NCBI GenBank assembly: GCA_017654855.1 | Contig: CM030335.1 | Span: 1,674,001-1,738,000, forward strand | Length of the DNA stretch: 64,000 bases | Reading direction: 5' to 3' | Origin: Podospora anserina | Taxonomy: Eukaryota | In this document: positions 12,255-26,063 of the stretch, one piece after another | Layout of the letters: each line of letters starts with the position of its first letter | Numbering within the stretch: position 1 is the stretch's first letter | Position numbers and translations under genes: made by a program | Notes under the pieces: generated by a model | Databases searched by the model: none | The model's input: the letters and a program-made list of their open reading frames with translations, nothing else | Told to the model about the DNA's origin: nothing

Positions 12255-13587
12255 TTATTTCGTACCCGTAACCCACTTCTTCTCGATCGCATTGTCGATA
12301 TTGGCAGTGCCAATAACAGGGAGGCCACGTCTCTCGAGCTCCTCCCGGATAACCTTCCAGCGACCCATCATCTTCTCCTTGTCGATGGGTGTGACTCTGC
12401 GGGGGAACACCTTTACGTTGGGTAGAGACTGGAAGAGCTGCTTGTTCTCAATCTCCTCGGCGAGCTTCTTAGCCTTGGGTGGCTTCACGATCTCCTTGAG
12501 AAGAACACCACCGGAATTGATAGCGACCAACTTGCCATCTGGAATCCTGTGTCCAGTAAGCTTGTAGATACGCTTGGCAATCTATCATATGGTTAGCACT
12601 GGTTTGTTGTGCAAAAGAGAGGGCCAGACTCACAAAATATTTGTAGATGAGGTCCTTGATCATGGGCCGCTTCCATTCATGGCCAATTTCCTTCAATAGC
12701 GCCCGGGCCTCTTCAGTGCTGATAACATGGTCCGCCGAGTCCTTTGTTGCGTCAACTTCCTCCTTGACCTCGGTCTCGGTCTCTTGCTCGGAAGCGACAC
12801 CTGTGTCGGCTTCCTCCTTGGTCTCCTCCGTTATCTCAGCTACTTGCTCAGAAGCGACAGCTGTCTTAACTTCCTCCTTGGCCTCCACAACCTCAGCCTC
12901 TTGCTCCGGGGTGACAGCTGCCTCGAGCTGTTCCTTGGCCTCCTCCGTTACCTCAGCCTCTTGCTCGGCGGCAGTAGCTGTCTCGACGTCTTCGGCTGGC
13001 TTCAATATAAGAGTGCCATGTGAGCCACCGCACAGCTTGGTTTGAACAGTGGTGGCCGTCAATGCCGCGGGGCCCCACCCGGACTCGAGCAGAGCATCCC
13101 TAGCGGGAGTCGCGTCCGGCGTGTTCATTTGCCGTCTCGCAACCATGGCCTCAACCAACGCACGGTAAACCGCCACCTCGAGAACGGCTGGGTCGGTAAT
13201 CTTCTCTGCGGGGCCATAACCAACCCACTGCCTGCCCACACCATAGTTGTCTGGGTTCTCCCACCAACCATCCAGTCCACCCACTTCCTCCAGCTCTAAT
13301 CCATCTTGTGCCGGCTCGTATGCGGGGTCGGTGATCTTGTCTGGGCGGACGGCAGCCTTCTGTGCTTGTGGGGGTGGTTTGAGACCCTGTGGTGGGGTGT
13401 AGGCTTCAACAGCGTCGGAGCGGGGGAGGGACGTGGAAAGAGTTCGCCTTTGAAGGGATTGGGTCTTTGTGGAGGAAGAGGAAGTCGTCGCGACGGCAGC
13501 CACAGCGGTGGTGGTACGGATATGGGTCGGAGAGGAGCAGCACAGGCTCGCGGAGACGGCGCCCCGTAACCTCGGGAGATGGCGCAT
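12255..13587 (-). CDS. Mitochondrial large-subunit ribosomal protein, mL50-like (one intron ~12582-12632)
   Basis: Arg/Ser/Thr-rich presequence-like N-terminus (MRHLPRLRG...). C-terminal KRIYKLTGHRIPD..LPNVKVFPRRVTPIDKEKMMGRWKVI.EEL..RGLPV is typical of fungal mL50. Confidence 0.7.
12760..12970 (-). repeat. Imperfect ~57-60 nt tandem repeat (about 4 copies) encoding acidic EQEAEV.E..KE units
   Basis: TTGCTC anchors recur at ~12784, 12844, 12901 and 12961. The protein shows EQEAEVTEEAKE / EQEAEVVEAKE / EQVAEITEETKE / EQETETEVKE. Confidence 0.8.
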
Positions 13588-14291
13588 AGTTTGTGTATTC
13601 TTTTCGGAGCGAGGAGGCGGGCTATTGGTGTCCCAATTGACCAAAACAGTTGGGAGGCTCAGGTACTGGGAGAGGTTGTCGGTATTTCGCTCTGCCCGGT
13701 CCTCTCAAATCTCGAATCCCAAACGCAGAGTGGACGACAGGCACCTCGGGCGATGAGCGCTCAACATCCAGGCCAAAATTTCCATCGGATGCCAAGCACT
13801 TTTTACAACATGTGGGGCAATGAACCGGGGAAAAGAGACGGTGCATCAGCCACACTTTCTCCAACTACCCGTGTGGCTTACGTGTGAGATTCAGCAAAAT
13901 ACAGCTAAGACATGGTAGCTCCAGCCACATATCCGACGAGCTGGGTTAGCTCAATTCAAAAAAACTTGCTTGGCGCATCATTGGATGATCAGAGGTTGAC
14001 GAACGACTTTTGGGATCCCGAAGAACTGCCCGTCGAGAGCTTTCAATTCGTCTGCTCGTCCACCACCACCTCCTCCCACCGGCAACGACCACGATCTTTT
14101 GCTCTCGTAGCATATACCTGGACCTACGAGCTCCTCAACTCCAGGGACCAGCCTCACAACTTCTCTACCAGCTACCTAACACCCCGCCTTGATCTCAAGC
14201 TTCTTCAACCAAACCCGATTCATCCCGCATCCGGGGATATCTTTCCCACCACCACCACCAAAGCTATCACCACCCACTCACCAAAACCACC

Positions 14292-15317
14292 ATGCCAATA
14301 TCCACCACCCCTCGCAGCGTCTCCGACGCAACCCGCTTCACAGCCACAACCCCCCACGCCGACTCCAAAACCGCCCGCTTCAGCAAACCCCCCAACACCT
14401 CCTCCCTGCCCCCATCAGGGGGTTCTCCAGAAGGGAACCCAATCCGGATCGAAACCCCCGACGAAAAAGTCGCCCGCCTCCGCGCCGCCCACCAAAGAGC
14501 CAAACTCGCCAATGTCTCCAAGCTAGAGCAGTACCTCGCCGTAGGCCGCTCCCTAGCCGACAAGGGGCACCGTTTGTCAGTCATGGCACTGATAGGCTTC
14601 TCCGGTACTTAACCCCCATCCCCCTCCCCTTTTCAGGTGTATGTCACTAACTCTCTCCATCCAGGCCTCGGCATAGTAGCAACAGCCTACACCTTCTACG
14701 ACATGATGGTCCTCAACCGCAAGCGCAAAGCAGAATGGATCGAGACCCAAAAGCAACTCGAGGCCGACGAGCTCGCCCAGGCCAGACTGGCGTACATGAC
14801 TGGCAAGGCGGACGAGGACCAAATCGCGCTTGTAGAAGAAGTCATGGAAAGAGAGCGGCAGCAAGGAATGGCGGGGAAGACGTCGTTCTTTGAGAAAATC
14901 CCCAGCGGGTTCGCTCCTGCGGAAAGGACACACTCCCCAAGTGTGACGGAGGTTGTGAGCTGGCCTTCTTCTGCTGCGCCGGTACCAGAGCAACAGGGAG
15001 AGGGGGGAAAGAAGAAGGGGCTCTGGACTTGGTTGACTGCTAATCTGAAAAAGGAGGAGGAAGGGGAGGAGGTGATGGGTAAGGAGAGGAGATTAGGGTG
15101 GGAGTCGTTGAGTGAGGAGGATGATGGGATGGGGGTGAGAGATAGCGATCTTGTCCGGGCGTCGGAGGGGAGGGGGGTGGCCAGGGGGTTGAAGGAGAAG
15201 GCGAGGGAGGCGTTTGAGAAGGAGAAGGAGAATGAGAGGAGGGGTGGGGCGTTGGATCGGATTGGGTTGGAGGAGAAACAGGAGGGGGAGAAGAAGAAGA
15301 AGGGGTGGTTTTGGTAG
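14292..15317 (+). CDS. Cytochrome c oxidase assembly factor, COX14-domain protein (intron 14605-14664)
   Basis: RSVSDATRFT..ETP.EKVARLR..RSLADKGHR followed by one hydrophobic helix and NRKRK. Splicing joins ORFs 14292 and 14637. Confidence 0.6.
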
Positions 15318-16357
15318 AGACCTACTACCACACAACCAGAGGTATATAACGACCGCGTTGGCTGGTGATGAGGGCTGTGCTGTCGACTGGGAGGAAAGGT
15401 TCGAAATGCAAAGGAATGGAGATGGTGGGCTGGACGGGTTGTAAGGCAACCATAATCACCACTTTCAAAGAGGGATTGTGACCAGCAGGCCGCTTTGTGA
15501 AAGAGGCGCTGCTTGTATCGATAGTGTATTAGGAGAAAAAGGAAACCGTTGCATAACTCCGGCGTTTTTTTTGGTTGTTTTTTTGTATGACATATTCATC
15601 ATCTTGTACATACATGTACACTCACCATAGTGGAAGTCATTTGATGTTGAATTGAGAGCAGAGAAGTAGATTATGTGTGGTACTTGTTCATGTAGTCATA
15701 CGCTTCGGTGAAGCCCACACATCTCTCTCCCATGTCTCTCCCATGTCTCACATCCCAAGGCAGCACAGTCAAGGAAGGGTATGATATCAATGTTCCGCTT
15801 TGTATTCTTTTTCTCATCAGCAAAGATACTAATGCCTCAACCAATGCAAATAACTGGATATAAGAAATTCCAGCTGTGTGTTGTGTGTGTGTGTGTTGTT
15901 GTGTCCGATTCCACTGCCCTCCCAATTTGACATCTCAACTCCCAATTCCCCTGCTCGCTCGCTGTCCCATTCCCAAACTATACACAAAAGAAGTCACTTT
16001 GCTCGCTGGCAATGATGTGTGTGCGCGTTGCATGAAATACCAATGCTGCCCTTCCCATTCCTTCAGCCGTCCCAAACAAAACACAAGCGCCGGCCCAAAG
16101 GCAACAAAAGACCGTATCCATCCCAAGCCCTATACAGTGACCAAAAACAGAAAAAAAAGCAAACGAGTGAGAACCAAAACCTAATTACGCTTCCTTGGTA
16201 TCAACCGCAAATCATCTGTCAGGCAACCTCCCCTTTAACAACAAGCAGCACAAATCCTCCTACCACCAAGCCATCCCTTCTCTTGTTCCCCATGACACCC
16301 AATCCTCTCCCTCACCCCCTCAACCCTACTCTTCCACCTCCCATCAGCTTCATCCCT

Positions 16358-17439
16358 CTAAGAAATGATGATATGATTAAAATGCCCCGGCACCTTCATC
16401 CTGCACTTATCACAATCCGCCCGGTACCCTATACTGAACGACCTCTTCACTCCCGGCGGCACCGCGGTCCACGAGTTGACCGTATGTCTTGACCTCGCGT
16501 GCCCCCGTTTCGGTGATGGCGAGCCCGATTCCACCTCCATTCCTCCATTTGGTGAACCCGGTCGCGGAGATTGCTCCCTCATCGATGCCAGCAACGGGTG
16601 CACGTGCGTCAAGTGGCTGAGATGTCCGCTCGGGGACGTGGTGATAGGGTGAGGGGAGCAGCACGAATCAAGCACCATGGCTGGGCTGTCTTCACCGCCG
16701 GTTTCGCTGATCGGGGATGGCAGCCGGCGGTTCTGGATGTGATTCCAATCCGCCATTGCCAGAGCGTTGGTGGTCGGATTCGAGTCGTGGGCCACGGCAG
16801 CGTCAACCATGCCGTTGCTGTCAAAGGCCATGGAAGTGGGTTCTTCCGGTGTTGTTGCCAGCGCACCGTGGGCCTCGTTCCAGTTTTGGCCTCGAACCTG
16901 AGCTGCAAAGCTGCAGTATATTGGTGTCGGGATGCGACCGGTGACACTGGGAAGTGGCTCCGGTTGGAAAGCGTTGAGGTGGTTCGGGTTTGGCTCGGGG
17001 GCGGTGTCCATCATGTCCATGTCCATGTCCATGTCTGCCATGGTGATACTAACATTGACCGGGGATTGTAGGGTTGGAACTGTGACGATCTCTGGCTCCT
17101 CGGCGAAGGCAAAATGACCTGGCTCCTCAGAATCCGAACTGTTTGGCGTGATGGTTCGTGGTTGGCTCGGGATGATGAATGTTGTTGGCGGCGCATGGAA
17201 TCTTGGTGGTTCGGCCCATCGCTTAGATGGGGGAGACGTCCTAAGTGGAAGGGCTTGGAGGCGTTTCTGGGTCACCAGATGTTAGCTACGTCCCGGCTAT
17301 GTCGACTCTGATGGGATGCGACAATACTTACACTCCTGTGTTCAGTGAAGCCAAGCGTACCACCAGGGGATATCTCGGCAAGGTCCTCTTCTCTCCCCCT
17401 TTTGCGCTGGAGCGCAGGCCAGCTCTCGTTGGACAACAT
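16358..17439 (-). CDS. Hypothetical low-complexity protein with C-terminal GYRADCDKCRMKVPGHFNH motif (one intron ~17277-17331)
   Basis: ATG 17439 exon with NLS-like RKRGRE is spliced into the 305-codon ORF. CxxC...HxxH at the C-terminus. Confidence 0.7.
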
Positions 17440-20098
17440 GGCGCAATTGGTTGACGATGAGGCTCTGGGAAGCGTCCCCTCTATGTCTGTACCTCTCGAC
17501 CAGTGCCGTTCGCAAGCAACTGGAGTCGTATACTGCGTGTTTATCAATGATTGAGCGGAGTCGGAGAGCCGGCAAATTCGAGATGATGGTCGTCGATGAA
17601 ATGATTCTGCGCGGTGCGTATAGCGAACGAATGTTTTAAAAAAAATTTGCCGATGATACCCTCCAGTACCATGTATCGTTCTCAATGTCTTGCAAGAAGA
17701 ACAGAGGAAAGGAGGGGGCGGAGTCTGGAAGGGCTGACGGGAGGGATGGCAGGCAGGCTGGATTGGAGGTCTGGGGCTGGGCCTTGGCCGTCCTCTCAGC
17801 TCCTGCTGGGGTTCAAATGGCTGTTAGCAGAGACATGACAGTAGGTGGCGGTTGGCCCTTACTCCAAGTTTCTCACTAGCACGACCCCAAGACCTGGAAC
17901 GTGCTGTCCCACTCCCCGGAAACAGGCAAGCGATAGCAAGTCCCGACGATGCTATCTTATCGATACGGGCAGGAATATGATATGAGAAGTCGATGTCGAT
18001 GCAACTTGCTGAATACCTAATTTGGCTCGTTGATGTGATCGTTGATGGGCAGAATGACAAAGAGCGCGGATGATGGTGAGAACAAAACTTTTGTCCGTCC
18101 GAATATGCAGTGTGAGACAAACACTCCAAGCTGAAGAACAACGACGACCTCGATGAGGGGCCGGGCAACAGCCGACGTCAGATGCAACAGGGGGTCACAG
18201 CTGCCTGGTTCAACAGGAGACACAAGAGAAGCAGGATGAACAGGAAAGGGGAAGATGCTGCAGGGTGAGGGCATCGAGGGATAGGTATCTGGTAGTTAGC
18301 CATCCAAAATACCTAAAGCATTGTCGAGATGCCTGGCCAGAAAAGAGAAGCATTTCACCTTGCTTCTTCGTGTTGACCCCACCTCCATTCAGACGCATCT
18401 CACGCACGGACATCCCCATAAACATGGGGCGGGCGTCAACCGTCAGTGCTCCCGGCTCGCTGGGAAGCCTTATTCACCAGTCAAGTCCCGTTGAGAAGCT
18501 CGTCAGTTTCAGAATTGCTTCAAGAACTGTCCACCGCGTCCATTTCCGGTTTGTTGTCTCTGTCCCATTTTGGATTCTGGATGGCAAACACATGGGATGG
18601 AAAATAACAAGCTGACGCATAATTTACGGTCCGGCCATGCGAGGTTGGCTGGGAACCAGTGGCCGTTGGTGGTCGTTGGTCAACGGCCGGTCCTCGAGAG
18701 GCCGTCCACGAGTAGGGAGGGGACATCGGTGATCGGGTCTGATGGAATCATGAACTTGATGAGACATTTATCATGGGTGGATAGTGGGTGTATCGGACAA
18801 TGGTGTTATTGCTGACTCGTGTGGTTCCAGTCCCGGAAGATTCGAAACGTGTAAGAAGCATTGAAGAACATGTCTTCAGTGCCACTTGGTCGGGACTGTG
18901 GGAGCATCAAAGGACACGCAGAGTTCAAGACATGACTGTCGCCGGCCGACTCAAAATACTCATGCTCATATCACCATCCGGTCTCGGCCCCGGCCGACAA
19001 TGGCTTCGGTAGCCGTGGCCTGGAACCCGGCAGTCAGCGATAAAGAACGGCCGGTCTTGCGGTTTGTCGCCCTTAGGTCCGGCCTTTTTGCGGACCAGTG
19101 GAGCAGAAGCCCGCCAGTCCGTCGGCATCACAAGCACAACATCACGACCTGCTAGACCTCGGTCGTCTCGGGAGTGGAAAGGCTTCATTATCGCCAAGTG
19201 GCCGATGTGGCACTCTGCTAGGCTCATGACATGGAGCATTGATGGGACCCTTGGTTATGCGTCACCTTCGAGCATCTGCTGTGTGATGCAAACCAAGGGT
19301 ACGGATCCGGAACCCGGAGGACCCAGCTGTTAACTTCGGATCCAACCAAGCAGTCTATCCTCTTTTGGGGAATCGGAGGCTCGTTGCTGTCTCCAAATTT
19401 CTCCAAATCTTGCGGTTTGGTCTCGAGTATCTTCCGTGTCGCACTTTCACACAACTGACGACAATCCCATTCTCTTCTGGCCAATCATAAGCAGGGTGTT
19501 GCAAAGAAGCACAAATGCTCGAAGAGCATATCCAGATTGATACACGGGGCGGTGGCGGAGGCTCAATATGAGCTGCGAGGTTGATTACACGTCTGCTTGA
19601 TGGCCAGAATGGAAGGCGGTGAAGCATTGCATCGTCAAAAAAAGTTTACCCCTCCCCCACCTTCGAAGTTGCTACCCGCTACAACGGCGCACTTCCAAAC
19701 TCGTCGCCCGGACGCCCTGCTGCATTGAGCCTAGGATTTGGCCAAAGACATCTGTTGTTCTGCTGCTTGCCTCCGTCTTCGGACACACATGCGTGGAAGG
19801 GATCGTCTTAGTGGCCGGGGGTGGCCAATTCCTCTTCCCGTCAGGTTCACCCCGCCAGCCTGTCGATGCTCTCAGTATTGCATCGTGGGTTGGATTTCAT
19901 GAGCTGCCTACGCAGAATGCTGAAACTTGCAAATCTCCCAAGGTATATCTCGCTCATTGCTTGGAGCTCGCGATGGCATGTCAATTCAGCCACGGCGTTC
20001 AACGTACAGGTAGGGATTGTTACCATTTGGAAATTTTAGTGCCCGACATCCCGCCCCGGACCGATATTGGTCTTGGGACACTGAACTGGGGCACCGTC

Positions 20099-20105
20099 TG
20101 AGTCA
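20099..20105 (+). promoter_or_regulatory. Gcn4/CPC-1 (cross-pathway control) element TGAGTCA
   Basis: Perfect TGA(G/C)TCA about 415 nt upstream of the DAHP synthase ATG, an expected target class. Confidence 0.55.
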
Positions 20106-20518
20106 CTTGAACAAGTCAATATCATCTCATCTCCCACTTGCTCCAGAGATACCAGAATTGTCCCGCTTCAAATATTCCAATTGCGAAGCTTTATCAGTCA
20201 AGCCCCTTTTAATTGGTTTATCGAAGTTCAAGCTCCTCGGTTTCTTTTGTTGCTGCACCTGGCCCACTACAATTGTAATTGCTCGGATCTCAGAGGTCAA
20301 CCCAATTTTTGCCTTAAAGAACCTACCCCAGCCCATCTCACCCTCCAAACTGGCCGCACCTTCCCTGTTACTTGCAGCTACAACATCACCTCTGGAGAAC
20401 ATCGCTTCGTGTTGTCTCTTCTCGTCCTTCACAACACACCCTCACCCGGATTTTTGGGCTGTCTTGCTTTCATTCGACACGCAACCGTTTTGTGATACCC
20501 TATAATACATCGCTCACC

Positions 20519-21762
<1,244 letters not shown>

Positions 21763-22293
21763 GATCTCACCTTTGACCGGATGGGGAATACTTTGTACTT
21801 TCGGGAGTTTTTACCTCGACAAGGGGTTTCTGGGTTTAGCATTGGGCAATGAAAACACAAAAAGCGGAAGGAATGGGAATTTCAAAAGCAGGAAGGCAAA
21901 AAAAAGTGCGTCGTATCATGGGAAGGGAGACAAAAAGCAAGCTTGGGGAATAAACATGAGCAGGGTTCCATGTCGGTTTTTTTTGGTCAACAACAAAAAC
22001 GGGGTTGATGGAGGGGTGGTGGTCGAGTGCCGCATAATGAAACCGTTTTTTGCGAGCAAGGTTGTTCCCGTAGGGGGGGAGTAATGTAAGGAAATGAAAA
22101 AGATCTTGTCAACATGCTCGGTGCCATGTGTATTACTTTCAACAGACCAAGCCCGACTCATTTGTCCATTAAGGCCATAACACGTCGTATGATATGTATT
22201 GCTTTTAACAGAGCCAACCCAAGTTGTATTCCCGTTCAAACGCCAAAAACACCGCGTCGCATCATGGTATCCATCTCCTTTTACACATCTCCA

Positions 22294-22961
22294 TCATCGT
22301 GCACCACCGCCCTCCCCCAAAGGACTGTACGTCCCCTGCCCTTCGCCTCCTCCTCCACCAGTACCTCTCCTCGTGAGCCCCCCTCCACCAATATTCCCCC
22401 CTCTCTGGGCATTCCCACCGGAAACCAACCCCCCTATCACCCCCATTATCCCCCCTCCCCCCTCATTCCCACGTTCTTGCCTCTGTCTTTCCATTCTCGA
22501 GTCAATAACCCTTTTTACCCCCGCCCAGCTCAGCAGGCCGGCGGTGCCGAGGATGAAGCCCCAGACTATGATCTTGTCCTTGTTGCTGTCGCGCTGGAAG
22601 CAGGAGGTGACGACGTCTTTTTCTTCGGCGTCTTTGCAGATGGGGAGGTTGTATTTGAGGCAGAAGGCGCGATTGCATTGGGTGCAGGAGGAGGAGGAGG
22701 CTCGGGGGGAGAGGAAGCCGGGGGGTGGGTTGGGGGAGGGGGGGTTGTCGTGGAGGGGGCCGAGGGGGATGATGGTGCTGTTTGTGAAGCAGGTGCATTT
22801 GCAGAAAGTTGGGGCGGCTGGACAGAGGGGAGGGGAGGGTTAGTGGGAAGAAAGGAAAAACGGGGAGAGTGGTTGGGGTTGGGGGGTTGGGGGGTGTGCT
22901 TACAGGCTGAGGCTATTCCTAGGAGGAGGAAGATGGTGGAGAGGAGGGGTATTGGCTTCAT
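22294..22961 (-). CDS. Small single-pass membrane protein with signal peptide and Cys-rich luminal domain (1 intron)
   Basis: Signal MKPIPLLSTIFLLLGIASA. After splicing: FCKCTCF...SCTQCNRAFC...C...CFQRDS, then TM IIVWGFILGTAGLLSWAGV and a Gly-rich tail. Confidence 0.75.
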
Positions 22962-23419
22962 GATTGGGAACGGGAGTAAATGGTGATCGGTGGACTGGTG
23001 GGTTGGGGTGGATGACGGGGGTGGTGGTTGATGAACTGGGTGGTGGGATTAGGTCGCTATATCATCAGTTTGTTCGTCGAGCTTGGTTGGCCTGATATTG
23101 TTGGTTTCCCCCCGTCGGGGTTTGCTGTGATATTCGTTCCTGGCGTCTACGCGATGCGATGCGATTGCGCTCCCTTATCTCCAACCTTCAACTGTCCGCC
23201 AATGCGATGACGCTGCCTGCCGCCGCCAACCACAGCCACAGACTTCCACCCACCCGCCACACCACCATACCATTCACCAGCCCCACTATGTGGGCCGAGA
23301 AAGCACAGACATTTCACACACGCTCCTAGATTTGCAAGCGTGCACAGGCCATTTTGGGAAGGGATATTTAATCTCGGCCACCCAGCCAGATTTTGATCGG
23401 TTTCTTCTTTTCTTTCCTC

Positions 23420-23521
23420 GCCCTTCGGGGCATTTGGTCAATTTGAAACGATACAGAGAAGATTAGCATGGCCCCTGCACTAAGGATGACACGCTACTCA
23501 AAGAGACGCTACCAATTTTTT
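23420..23521 (+). ncRNA. SNR6: U6 spliceosomal snRNA (intronless)
   Basis: 5' stem-loop GCCC-TTCG-GGGC; ATTTGGTCAATTTGAAAC; ACAGAGA box 23453-23459; AGC triad 23465-23467; ISL GCATGGCCCCTGC..AAGGATGAC; oligo-T Pol III terminator. Confidence 0.95.
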
Positions 23522-24228
23522 CACTGTCCTCTTGGCGATCAGAAGCTGGGAGATGGGGAAGAGATGTTGATGGTTTTGGTGATGGTTGTTGGCGTTGGGA
23601 GATGGTTATCGTTTATTGGAGATGGATGCTATTTACTTTTGTTGGGCTTTTGGCAATGGATGACTGATGTATGATGTTGATGACGATTGATGGACGACTG
23701 GAAGAGCTCTTGCAGGAATGATTGTCGTTGTCAAACTTGAAGTCGCGTGTTCGATGCTGCTGGTGACCTGCAATAGCGTTCCGTCAATAACCTTGAATGT
23801 ATGGTAGATGACAGGTCAAAGAGCCATTTTCCTATCTTCATGTCGTTGTACAATTACCTGATTACTTTCATTTCTGTGGTGTGTTACCGTCATCTAGATA
23901 TCTATAAGGAAAATGACAGGACCGCCCGAACAAAAGCACCTGAACCCCATCCGGGTATCTCATCCTCGACTCCTTGCCATTCCCCAAGACTCCAAACACA
24001 GATTCTTAAGACCCCAACGGCATGCTATCAACCAAGCTCCTTTCCTGGAAAGATAACCCAAGCAGTCCATCCATTTCCAACCCTCCTCTCCTACTTTCCA
24101 AACGCACTCCTCAACACCGAATCATTCCCCACCTTGGACACCCTCCTGCTCGCCCCCTCAAGCACAATCTCCGACAGCTCATACCCCTCCTCATCGACAT
24201 CCACCTCTGGAATCACCGGCGGACCCTC

Positions 24229-26063
24229 CTAGTCATCCTCCAGATCACCTTCAGCTCCCCTCCCCCTCCCACCAGCCTTATCCTTCCTAATATCAACCCA
24301 CCCCATCCCCAAAGCCGTAAAAACCGCCACCCCTCCCGCCGCAGTAGCCATGTAAAACACCTTACCTATACTCCTCGACCAAGCCTCCAACACAACATCC
24401 AAATCCCCCTCTTTGACCACCTCCCTAAATCTCGTCGCGCCCGCTTGGAGGATCTCCCTGCTGTACGGAACTGCTTGGGATAGTTCATTTTGAAGGGTTT
24501 CCCCAAATATGGTGTTAGCTCCAGCAAGGAGGATGGAGATACCGAGGTTTTGGACAAAGACCAGGATGCACGTCCCCATTGCTATGTCCTGCGGCGGGAG
24601 GATGGCTTGGATTGCTAGGAGGGGCATCTGCATTCCCGCGCCGCGGCCGATGCCGCCGAGGATTTGGTAGAGGATGTACTGCACTGGAGGCGTGGTGGGG
24701 GAGAAGGTTGAGCAGAGACCGTTGGAGACGGCGCCGACGGAGGCGGAGAAGATGGTGTAGGGGATTACATAGCCCGTTTTTTGAACTGGTGAGGGGAGGG
24801 CGACGGTTAGCTTTGGGGAGTGGGGAGAAAGGGGAGGGAAGGGACTTACCAAGCGGACCGACGATGACGGCTAGGATGAGCTGGCTGACGATGCTGGCCA
24901 TGACGTACACGCCTGACATGATGGGGGTTGCGCCGTGGACGGCTTGGAAGTATATTGGCAAAAAGAAACTCGCGACGTAGACGATGAAGAGGAGGAAGCA
25001 GTTTGTGATGGCGCTGGTCCAGACTTGTCGTTGGGTAACGAGGGAGAGTGGGACGAGGGCTACGTCGCCGAGGTACCAGTCCCAGATGAGGAAGACTATC
25101 GTCGTTGCGCCAGCTCCGGAGAAGAGGCCAATGATGATGGGGGAGTTCCATGGGTATTTGTCACCGCCCCATGACAGCGCTAGCATCAGCTGGACAGCTG
25201 CGGGTGCTAGCAGTGCGAATCCGAGGAGGTCGAGCTCGATGTAGATGCGACGAAGGACGTCCATAGCGCGCCGTTTCTGGAAGGCGTCTGGGATGTGGAC
25301 AAAGGAGAGCGCAACGATGACGAGAGCGCCGATTGGGAGGTTGATATAGAAGCACCAGCGCCAGGAAACGTAAGAGGTAAAGGCTCCACCGACGAGGGGA
25401 CCAGCAATGATGCCAAGCTGCGAGAAGCCCATCATGATTCCGGTGTATGTTGGCCGCCGACTCATGGGTACTGATGTTCCGAGGATGGTGAGAGCTCCGT
25501 TGATGAGGCCCGCCCCCCCGATCCCGGCGATAGCGCGACCAGTGATGAGCATCCAGGAGGCGACTGAGGCGCCGCAGATGGCAGAACCAATCTCGAAGAT
25601 CGCGAAGAAGGTGATGAAGGTCCATTGGGTGCTGAACTTCTGGTAAATCTTGCCTGTGAGGGGTTGAAGGGCGGCGCTGGCGAGTTGGTAGATGGCGGCA
25701 TACCATCCGACGTCTTCAAGGGATTTGAACTCATCCGTAATGCGAGGTATCTGTTTCCGACAGATTAGCGACCTGTATCTTGGAGAAAAGGGGCGCTTTG
25801 ATAGCGGTACTCACTGCAGTGGCGAGGATGGAGGTATCAAGCATCATCAGAAAGACAACTACTGTGACAGAGGCCAGCAAGGCGGCCAGCTTGAATCCTT
25901 CGACATATTCGGGCTCGGTAGTCTTGGGCACGGTGAACTCATTCGAGGGACTTGGCTGACTTGAGGGGCCATCGCTTCTTGTCGCAGCTCTTGAAGGCCC
26001 GGGGAATCTATCGAGTTCTGGATCTGAAGGCAGACGGCGATGGGAAAGCGACCTTCTCTCCAT
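24229..26063 (-). CDS. MFS drug/toxin efflux transporter, DHA2/14-TMS family (2 introns)
   Basis: Motifs LDTSILATA/IPRIT.EF, GRAIAGIGGAG, GPLVGGAFT.YVSWRWCFYINLPIG, LPIYFQAV.G. Many hydrophobic helices. Confidence 0.92.

Noticed and set aside
22114-22986. 290-aa plus-strand ORF and similar long antisense ORFs (e.g. 8318-8872, 49469-50464)
   Set aside because: Shadow ORFs of real genes on the opposite strand, caused by GC and codon bias.
23468-23674. 68-aa ORF
   Set aside because: Starts inside the U6 snRNA and is interrupted by its Pol III terminator; spurious.
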